A stretch of 32,000 nucleotides of DNA, from assembly GCF_037902255.1 (NCBI RefSeq), contig NZ_CP147990.1, positions 2,730,001 through 2,762,000 of the forward strand, written 5' to 3'. Every line of letters begins with the position of its first letter. Within the stretch, counting starts at the first letter, position 1. Source of the DNA: Candidatus Electrothrix sp. GW3-4. GTDB lineage: Bacteria; Desulfobacterota; Desulfobulbia; Desulfobulbales; Desulfobulbaceae. The position numbers and the translations under genes are program-made. Below the pieces are notes generated by a model. It had not been told where the DNA came from, ran no database searches, and saw nothing but the letters and a program-made list of their open reading frames with translations. Shown in pieces: positions 25,585 to 32,000 of this stretch.

Positions 25585-26055
25585 TCAGCTAAAACTGGCC
25601 ACCAACATAATAAAGACCAAAACCGCCGCACCCGCTGAGACCCCTGCCCCGATATACTGCCAGGACAGAGCCACCACCGTAGTAATAATACTGCCAATAC
25701 AGATTTCTTTCCCGTGTTCTTTATCCAAAGAATAAATAGCTGCTCCGATAGCCGCTATAGCAAGCAATACCATCGCAGCTGTAAAAAAAACAGAGAGTCG
25801 TTGCAGACTCTTGATTTTTCGTTCACTCTCGGAAAATTTTATTAATATATTCTTCGCCTCAGGATCTTTCAAGGGGGCAAATTTTATATTCACCCCTTCA
25901 ATTTCCAAAGATACTGCCGCGTGATCGACCCGCCCCTCTGTTTCTATTTCTTTAATTTTCTGCGTTATCATACAGGAAGGAAGAATGGCAAGCATCAGAG
26001 AAAGACAGGATAACAACAGAGACAGAACACCGATTCGATACCTTGTCTGTTTCAT
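25585..26055 (-). CDS. Hypothetical membrane protein (156 aa)
   Basis: An N-terminal hydrophobic/lipobox-like segment (LLLSC) is followed by a soluble stretch of about 55 aa and three C-terminal TM segments. The gaps to both neighbours are short (6 nt to thiL, 12 nt to the ARH ATG). Confidence 0.5.
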   Translation of the reverse strand: MKQTRYRIGVLSLLLSCLSLMLAILPSCMITQKIKEIETEGRVDHAAVSLEIEGVNIKFAPLKDPEAKNILIKFSESERKIKSLQRLSVFFTAAMVLLAIAAIGAAIYSLDKEHGKEICIGSIITTVVALSWQYIGAGVSAGAAVLVFIMLVASFS

Positions 26056-26061
26056 GGGTAA

Positions 26062-27078
26062 TCAGTTCTTGGAGAAATGGTCGAATCCTTGAAATGAAAT
26101 TCGCTGTTCTTCGTAACCGCGAGCTGTTTTCTCCTGAAGGGTAACACCTTGTCCCTCAATGACATTCCCTATAGGAGTCATCCTGATCCCCTGCTCGGCT
26201 GCAACGGCCAGAATGACGTGTCGGTCTCTTGGGGCTGCTGTAAAGAGCAGTTCGTAATCTTCGCCGCCTGCAATCATCCAATCTCGTCGCCTCGTTCCCA
26301 ACAAGGAGGCCGCAGGAGCAAGCCCCGCACGCCCAGGGAGTTTTTCCGCCTCAATTCGCGCGCCCAGCCTACTTTGTTGGCAGAGATGGGAAAGATCCGT
26401 GGCCAGTCCGTCGGAAAGATCCATCATGGCATGAACACAACCGGTTTGGGCAAGGGCCCTGCCCAATTCCACCCGCGCCTCAGGATCAAGATGTTTCTGA
26501 ATACAAGGTGCTAGTTCAGGAGGATACGCAAAAGAATCCTCAACATATTGCCCCGCTCGAAAGCAGTCAAGACCAGCAGCAGCATATCCCAACGAACCAG
26601 AGACCCAGACAGTATCCCCCGATCTGGCCCCATGTCGATACAAAACCTGATCCTGTGCTGTCTCACCGATCAGGGTCAGGGTCAGGGTCACCTTTCCCGG
26701 GCTGCACACTGTATCGCCTCCGATCAACAGGCAACCGTACTGACGGCAGGCCGCAGTGATTCCTCTGCTCAGCTCTGCTGCCCATTCCGGGGAAAAACCA
26801 GCGGGCAGCCCAAGAGAAAGGAGGACAAAGACCGGTCGTCCTCCCATTGCAGCAATGTCGCTCACATTCACTGAAACGGCCTTACGTCCCAACAGATAGG
26901 GGGGATGCCAGCAACAGTCAAAATGAACCGATTCAATCAGGGTGTCCATAGTTAACAGCCAGACATTTTGCGGGTCCTTTACAACAACAGCGCAGTCATC
27001 GCCAATCCCCTGCACTAAACCCTCACCTTCGTTATCGGTAACGCGTCGGATCTGTTCGATAAGATCTCGTTCTGTCAT
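26062..27078 (-). CDS. thiL: Thiamine-monophosphate kinase
   Basis: GIGDDCAVV, DTLIESVHF, LGRKAVSVNVSDIAAMGGRP and LIGGDT form the AIR-synthase-related/ThiL pattern. The ATG at 27078 overlaps the ptsI stop (ATGA). Confidence 0.85.
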   Translation of the reverse strand: MTERDLIEQIRRVTDNEGEGLVQGIGDDCAVVVKDPQNVWLLTMDTLIESVHFDCCWHPPYLLGRKAVSVNVSDIAAMGGRPVFVLLSLGLPAGFSPEWAAELSRGITAACRQYGCLLIGGDTVCSPGKVTLTLTLIGETAQDQVLYRHGARSGDTVWVSGSLGYAAAGLDCFRAGQYVEDSFAYPPELAPCIQKHLDPEARVELGRALAQTGCVHAMMDLSDGLATDLSHLCQQSRLGARIEAEKLPGRAGLAPAASLLGTRRRDWMIAGGEDYELLFTAAPRDRHVILAVAAEQGIRMTPIGNVIEGQGVTLQEKTARGYEEQRISFQGFDHFSKN

Positions 27079-28859
27079 AACCGTTCCCGCCACCCACCGT
27101 AATTCGTCTCCTGATAGCTCTTGAGGAGCTTACGGGTTTCCTTGCCATCCCCGCATTTCAGGATCTGCTTTGCCAATCCATTTAAGCGGCGTGAAGTGGA
27201 GTGGCGGAGCAGACGTTTGACATGGGGGATTGCCGAAGGGCGCATGGAAAGCTCATCTAAGCCAAGCCCCAACAAGACCGGGGCCATAAACACATCTCCC
27301 GCCATCTCACCACAAAGAGCCACCTCAATGCCCTGGGCATGTCCTGCTTCCACGGTTCGACTGATCATACGCAGGACAGCGGGATGAAGAGGATCGTACA
27401 TCTTGGCCACATATTCATTGCCCCGATCAATGGCTAAAGAATACTGAATCAGATCATTGGTACCAATACTGAAAAAATCAACCTCTGCGGCCAAGACATC
27501 GGCCATAGTGACAGCACTGGGCACCTCAATCATAATCCCGATTTCGACATCCGAGTCAAAAGGAATACCCTCACTGGTCAAATCCTCCATGACCTGAATA
27601 ATGATCTCCTGGATCTGTTGTAATTCGCTAAGGAGACTAATCAGGGGCAGGAGAATGCGAAGTCGGCCAAAGGCAGAAGCACGCAACAAGGCGCGCAGCT
27701 GAGTGATGAAGAGCGTTCGTTCTTGCAAGGAAAGACGAATAGAACGCAGTCCAAGGGCGGGATTGCGTTCATGCAAGGTCTTAAATTTATTCCCCGGAAG
27801 TTGGCTTGCAAGTTTATCACCGCCCGCATCAAGGGTCCGGATGGTCACAGGCTGCGGATCCAAGGTGATCACCAGGTCCTGATAGACAGCAAATAGGCTG
27901 TCTTCGCTGGGAAGATGCTTTTGTTGAAAATAGCCAAACTCTGAGCGGAACAGTCCGATACCGTCTGCCCCATAATAGATCACCCCCTCCATCTCGTCCG
28001 GGATCTCGATATTGGCGGACAGGCGCACTCGAAGTCCATCAAGGGTTTCGGGAGCCAGATGGATATACCAACGCAGTTCATCGGAAAAGGCTTGATGCTG
28101 GCGGTCATACTCCTGGTACAGCTTTTGCTGATCTATGGTTGGAGACAGACAGACCCGGCCATCATACCCGTCCAGAATGATCGTATCACCGGTACGACAA
28201 CGTTCGGTAATATTTTCCACCCCCACCACAGCAGGCAGACCCAAAGAGCGGGCAACAATGGCGGTATGCGAGGTTGTCCCGCCTTTTTCCGTCAAAAAAC
28301 CCAAGACCTTCTCTGCCTGCATACGGACGGTGTCAGCCGGGGTAAAATCTTCACTGACCACGATGACCGGCTCTGCAAAGCCGGTGGGAAATTGCTGACC
28401 ATGTTCAGAGAGCTGATCCAAAAGGAGATTCACCACATATTCGACATCAGAAAAACGGTCCCTGATATACGCATCAGCAATATGGTCAAATTTCTTTTTA
28501 ACAAGGTAAAGGGCACGGGAGAGGGCCCATTCCGCATTGATCTGCTTCTGCTCAATCAAGTTGGCGGTCTGATCCAGAATCATCCTGTCCCGGAGCATCC
28601 GTATATGGGAGTCAATAATAGTGAGGGTGTCAGAGAGATCACCCTCAAACTTGCTGCGTAGGGTCTTCAACTCCTGTTCTGCCCCGTCAACAGCCTGCTG
28701 AAAACGCTCCTTTTCGGCCTGAATTGCCTCCTTCTCCAGTCGATAACGGATCAAATCATCGGAACGAGGCCGCAAAACCACGGCTCGACCAACCACAATA
28801 CCGGACGACCCACTAATACCGTACAGGGTTTCCGGCTCACGGTCTGCTTCCGTTATCAT
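27075..28859 (-). CDS. ptsI: Phosphoenolpyruvate-protein phosphotransferase (PTS enzyme I)
   Basis: The 594-aa product has the phosphohistidine site GGTTSHTAIVARSLGLP (His codon 28266-28268) and a C-terminal PEP-utilising TIM-barrel block (FFSIGTNDLIQY). Confidence 0.9.
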   Translation of the reverse strand: MITEADREPETLYGISGSSGIVVGRAVVLRPRSDDLIRYRLEKEAIQAEKERFQQAVDGAEQELKTLRSKFEGDLSDTLTIIDSHIRMLRDRMILDQTANLIEQKQINAEWALSRALYLVKKKFDHIADAYIRDRFSDVEYVVNLLLDQLSEHGQQFPTGFAEPVIVVSEDFTPADTVRMQAEKVLGFLTEKGGTTSHTAIVARSLGLPAVVGVENITERCRTGDTIILDGYDGRVCLSPTIDQQKLYQEYDRQHQAFSDELRWYIHLAPETLDGLRVRLSANIEIPDEMEGVIYYGADGIGLFRSEFGYFQQKHLPSEDSLFAVYQDLVITLDPQPVTIRTLDAGGDKLASQLPGNKFKTLHERNPALGLRSIRLSLQERTLFITQLRALLRASAFGRLRILLPLISLLSELQQIQEIIIQVMEDLTSEGIPFDSDVEIGIMIEVPSAVTMADVLAAEVDFFSIGTNDLIQYSLAIDRGNEYVAKMYDPLHPAVLRMISRTVEAGHAQGIEVALCGEMAGDVFMAPVLLGLGLDELSMRPSAIPHVKRLLRHSTSRRLNGLAKQILKCGDGKETRKLLKSYQETNYGGWRERL

Positions 28860-29170
28860 TACTTGTTCGAGGCCCCTTGCTGTATCCCGAAAGAGGCGTC
28901 TTGGAGAGGTTCAGGCTCTGCCAGAACCTCTTCCACAGCAGCGACGACCTGCTCTGCATCAGGCCCCTGGGCAGTGAACCGTACCCGGCTTCCCTGCACC
29001 AAGGCAAGACTAAGCAGCTCAAGGATAGAGGAGCAGTCAATGAGCTGCCCCTGCTCAACAATCTGCACCGTCGCCTCGTGCGCATCAATGACCTTCATCA
29101 AGCGCTCAGCAACCCGGCAATGCATACCGTTTGGATTGGTGACCGTGCTCTCCCAGGAAACTGTTTTCAT
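28859..29170 (-). CDS. ptsH: Phosphocarrier protein HPr/NPr
   Basis: The product aligns by eye to HPr. The active site is NPNGMHCRVA (His17 codon 29120-29122) and there is a Ser-46-equivalent region DCSSILEL. The stop overlaps the ptsI ATG by 1 nt. A C-terminal extension of about 15 aa is present. Confidence 0.8.
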   Translation of the reverse strand: MKTVSWESTVTNPNGMHCRVAERLMKVIDAHEATVQIVEQGQLIDCSSILELLSLALVQGSRVRFTAQGPDAEQVVAAVEEVLAEPEPLQDASFGIQQGASNK

Positions 29171-29544
29171 TTAATCAAACGCAATCCGCCTTTTTTTTTT
29201 GTGCTCCCCTCGTCTTTCGCTGGAAGAGCTTCCTCTGTCTTCCCCTTTCCTGTCTCAAAATGAACCGCCTTCACAAAACGCCCTTTCCCACCCATAGTGA
29301 AGGTTTCCTGACCTGTAAACTGCTCCGTGCGGAGCTTCCAGACAAGGGGTTGAGGGGGGACAGAGAGGAGCTGCATATGCACCTCCCACCATTCATCCTT
29401 ACGGGTATAATCTCGCTCAATCCCGGTGACCAAAGCATAACCTGCCATTTCTGTTTCCTCGACCACCACGAGAACAAGATCACCGACATCCGTTGTCTCT
29501 TTAAAAGGGACGATTTTTTTTAATTCCTTAAGTAGATTTTCCAT
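29167..29544 (-). CDS. Hypothetical 125-aa protein translationally coupled to ptsH
   Basis: The ORF stop overlaps the ptsH ATG (ATGA). The C-terminal tail is Lys/Gly-rich. I recognise no motif. Confidence 0.5.
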   Translation of the reverse strand: MENLLKELKKIVPFKETTDVGDLVLVVVEETEMAGYALVTGIERDYTRKDEWWEVHMQLLSVPPQPLVWKLRTEQFTGQETFTMGGKGRFVKAVHFETGKGKTEEALPAKDEGSTKKKGGLRLIK

Positions 29545-29603
29545 ATATTATTGTGTTACGACGTTATGTGCATTATTCTTTCGGACAAAGCAAGACGGAA
29601 AGA

Positions 29604-30812
29604 TCAGGTAAATTTTTTCTGAATGGCGTGCAGAATATCCGTTATCTCAAAAAAGGCCTCAACCAGCTCTGGATCAAAATACTTGCCCGACTCTTTTCGA
29701 ATCTCGTTATAGATCTTTTCATTCTCCCAAGGGGCCTTATAGCAACGTTTGGAAGAAAGGGCATCAAAAACATCTGCCAAAGAAACGATCCGGGCCGCAA
29801 AGGGGATGTCCTTGCCAGCCAAGGGTTTTCTCACCCATTCCGTACCTTCTTCCACCAAGCACCCCGGATATCCCTTGCCATTCCATCGCTCATGGTGATG
29901 AAGAACGATATCATGGGTCATCCGGTCAAGCTCCGAAGAGATATTGGTAAACAGCGCCGCACCAGAGACCGTGTGATGTTTAATGAGTTCAAACTCTTCT
30001 GAGGTCAAGGAACCTGGTTTTTTAAGAATTGCATCCGGGATACCGACCTTACCGGCATCATGGAGGAGGGCAGCACAACTGAGGAGATCGCAATACTTGG
30101 TGATCTCAGCCTGAGGTACTTGCCGTTTTTCAGCCCACCGCTTATAGATCTCAACACTGTAGGCACTGACCCGGTGGACATGTGCTCCGGTCTCTTCAGG
30201 ATCATGCAATTCTGCCATTTTTACCATACGCAGAATCAATTCATGGTTCAGTATACTTCGTTCAATAATGGCGGCTGCATTATTGCTGAAGACACGAACC
30301 CACATCCTCCCCTGTTCAGAAAACCTTGTTACGCGCCCTTGCTCGTCCTTCGCATTGATAAGCTGCATAACACCAACCAAGCCTTGGTTATCCAAGGAAA
30401 CAAGAGGGACTGTTAGAATGGAAGTAGTATGATAACGATTTTTCCTGTCAATAGAGTCATTAAATCGATAGGGCACATCCGAAGAAATATTATAGGCGTC
30501 ATCAATAGCCACAATCTCTTTGGTCAGAGCGGAAAAGCCGACAATGGAATCCTCGCTTATGGGGATGCTTATATTTTTGTACTGGGCTGCCCCGGCACCT
30601 TTTTCACCGAAAAGCGTGTCATTTTGCACATGACGAAACTCCAGCTTATCTCCGTTGATAAGAAAGATGGAGCCTGCGTCGGCATGGGTCAGGTTCCGTG
30701 CTTCGAACAGCGTGGAATCCAAGATTGTACTGACATCCCGCAGCTGATTCAGCGCACTTATTTTGTTAAGAATTAAAGATAATTTAATTTCCTTCTGCTG
30801 CCGTCCGCTCAT
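29604..30812 (-). CDS. GAF domain / HD-GYP domain protein (putative c-di-GMP phosphodiesterase)
   Basis: GAF-like N-terminal half (...ADAGSIFLINGDKLEF...TSILTVPLV...GVMQLINAKD). The HD-GYP half is AALLHDAGKVGIPD...HHTVSGAALF...HHHERWNGKGYPG. The start is uncertain (ATG 30812, 30875 or 30902). Confidence 0.85.
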   Translation of the reverse strand: MSGRQQKEIKLSLILNKISALNQLRDVSTILDSTLFEARNLTHADAGSIFLINGDKLEFRHVQNDTLFGEKGAGAAQYKNISIPISEDSIVGFSALTKEIVAIDDAYNISSDVPYRFNDSIDRKNRYHTTSILTVPLVSLDNQGLVGVMQLINAKDEQGRVTRFSEQGRMWVRVFSNNAAAIIERSILNHELILRMVKMAELHDPEETGAHVHRVSAYSVEIYKRWAEKRQVPQAEITKYCDLLSCAALLHDAGKVGIPDAILKKPGSLTSEEFELIKHHTVSGAALFTNISSELDRMTHDIVLHHHERWNGKGYPGCLVEEGTEWVRKPLAGKDIPFAARIVSLADVFDALSSKRCYKAPWENEKIYNEIRKESGKYFDPELVEAFFEITDILHAIQKKFT

Positions 30813-31273
30813 GTGTTTTTTTATTGATACATCACGTCGAATGCCAGCAGCAGGCACAATGCCATCTCCAGACATCCACCTGCTGCCGCCTTGTACCGGC
30901 ACGATTTTTTATAGAGGACAGTATACTCCCCGCTCCTGCGGAAGCGACAGAAAATACTAAAAAACAGCATCATAGACAGAATCACCCTTCCCCTGGTACT
31001 GTCTGGAACAATATCCTGCTTTTTCGATGTTCCGGGCCTCCCTCACCAGGGAGGCTGTGCCGTGGAATATACAGTTAGAAGATAGGGTATAGTTTTAGCA
31101 AGGTTTTTTCAACAATAAAATACCGTTGAGAAAAAACCAGGAGGTAGCCCAGCTCTCTCCATCGAACTGAAGTTCAGTAACATACTGAAAAACACGACGA
31201 GAACAGCGCGGCGTGAGTTTTGCACTGCTTTTTTGCAACAAACCGCCTTGGAAAACCTGAAAAAGTGGCACCC

Positions 31274-31894
31274 CTAGCCAACCATCATACCAACGGTGAA
31301 ATTAATAATCGGCATTATTACCTTACCAATAATCCCCATATAAAAGAGAACCAGCAGGATAAGAAAACCGTAGGGCTCCAGGCGGGCATAGCCCATCGCC
31401 TTATCTGGCGGAAGAACCCCCATCAAAATCTTTGAACCATCCAAAGGGGGGATGGGAAGCATATTGAACACTGCCAGCATAACGTTAATCCATACAGAGG
31501 CCGCGAGCATAGCAAAAACGGGATCTGAGAGAAAAGCAGGAAGCGCAGGCAAAATAATAAGCAGGCGCAGGAGCAGTACACTACACACGGCAAGCAATAT
31601 ATTGGCCACAGGGCCAGCAATGGCCGTGAGCAACATACCTTTCTGAGGATCCTTAAAATATCGGGGATCCACAGGGACAGGTTTTGCCCAGCCTATCTTC
31701 ATGATCAAAAAAGCAAGCACCCCAAAGGGATCAAGATGCTTGAGCGGATTCATTGTCAGCCTGCCCTCCTCTTTGGCAGTAGGGTCTCCCAACTTCCATG
31801 CCACATAACCATGGGCCAGCTCATGAAAGGTCAGGGCAAAGAGAAAAGGAGGGGCGGTAATAATAAGCTGTTGAATGGTGTGATTCAGGGCCAT
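31274..31894 (-). CDS. Site-2 protease family (M50) zinc metalloprotease, membrane-embedded
   Basis: The 206-aa polytopic protein has HELAHGYVA (HExxH) in the first TM region and a later NMLPIPPLDGS motif. Confidence 0.8.
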   Translation of the reverse strand: MALNHTIQQLIITAPPFLFALTFHELAHGYVAWKLGDPTAKEEGRLTMNPLKHLDPFGVLAFLIMKIGWAKPVPVDPRYFKDPQKGMLLTAIAGPVANILLAVCSVLLLRLLIILPALPAFLSDPVFAMLAASVWINVMLAVFNMLPIPPLDGSKILMGVLPPDKAMGYARLEPYGFLILLVLFYMGIIGKVIMPIINFTVGMMVG

Positions 31895-31900
31895 AGTTTT

Positions 31901-32000
31901 TCAGTGATCAGAAGGGGAGTTAAAAAAATTCAGAGAGCCCACAGGGTATTTTTGTCGAATCAGGGAAACAGCCTCTTCTTTCCTGGAGACCTCACCGTTG
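31901..32000 (-). CDS. Possible 3' end of an upstream minus-strand gene (partial, runs off the window)
   Basis: The frame is open from the window edge (...NGEVSRKEEAVSLIRQKYPVGSLNFFNSPSDH*). Its TGA lies 6 nt before the M50 ATG. At 33 codons it is too short to be statistically meaningful. Confidence 0.2.
   Translation of the reverse strand, partial: NGEVSRKEEAVSLIRQKYPVGSLNFFNSPSDH

Noticed and set aside
24946-28661. + strand ORFs 24946..25638 (230 aa), 25373..25735, 26149..26874 and 28059..28661 (200 aa).
   Set aside because: They lie antisense to the ARH, membrane protein, thiL and ptsI genes, all of which carry clear family motifs on the minus strand.
1-32000. I looked for tRNA, rRNA, tmRNA or RNase P signatures, CRISPR repeat arrays, IS or transposase or integrase genes, and known riboswitch cores (TPP, c-di-GMP).
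   Set aside because: None was recognisable by eye. The only repeat structures are the in-gene tandem repeats and the 8.5-kb inverted-repeat element reported above. An Infernal/tRNAscan run would be needed to be certain.

Overview
This 32-kb chromosomal window comes from a Gram-negative bacterium: it has lipoboxes and outer-membrane proteins (OMPs) that end in Phe. Gene content is compatible with a Desulfobacterota-type anaerobe, but that is only a guess. All calls were made by eye from motifs, with no database search. About 30 protein genes are supportable. I found no rRNA, tRNA, CRISPR array, transposase or integrase. Gene order, left to right:
- znuA-znuC-znuB zinc importer (+).
- An array of four very small low-complexity lipoprotein genes (+), one of them below the ORF-track cutoff.
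- A Cys-rich lipoprotein with an alpha-carbonic-anhydrase-like His motif (+).
- An unknown-PNP-mtaD operon (-).
- An intergenic inverted-repeat element carrying a sigma54-type promoter (+).
- A periplasmic-binding-protein plus hybrid histidine kinase pair (-).
- An AT-rich gap of about 0.95 kb with mirror ORFs.
- A 4-TM protein and a small Cys-rich Rho_N-like protein (+).
- pntAA-pntAB-pntB transhydrogenase (+).
- Two OMP genes (-), one chimeric with perfect 33-bp repeats.
- A tightly packed nine-gene minus-strand cluster: GAF-HD-GYP, unknown 125 aa, HPr, EI, ThiL, membrane protein, ADP-ribosylglycohydrolase, unknown 648 aa, HD-GYP.
- An M50 metalloprotease (-).
The best candidates for something undescribed are:
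1. The lipoprotein array, together with a Cys-Pro-Pro signature it shares with the chimeric OMP.
2. The PTS / c-di-GMP / ADP-ribosylhydrolase cluster with its unknown members.
3. The sigma54 promoter inside a MITE-like inverted repeat, pointing antisense into the kinase gene.
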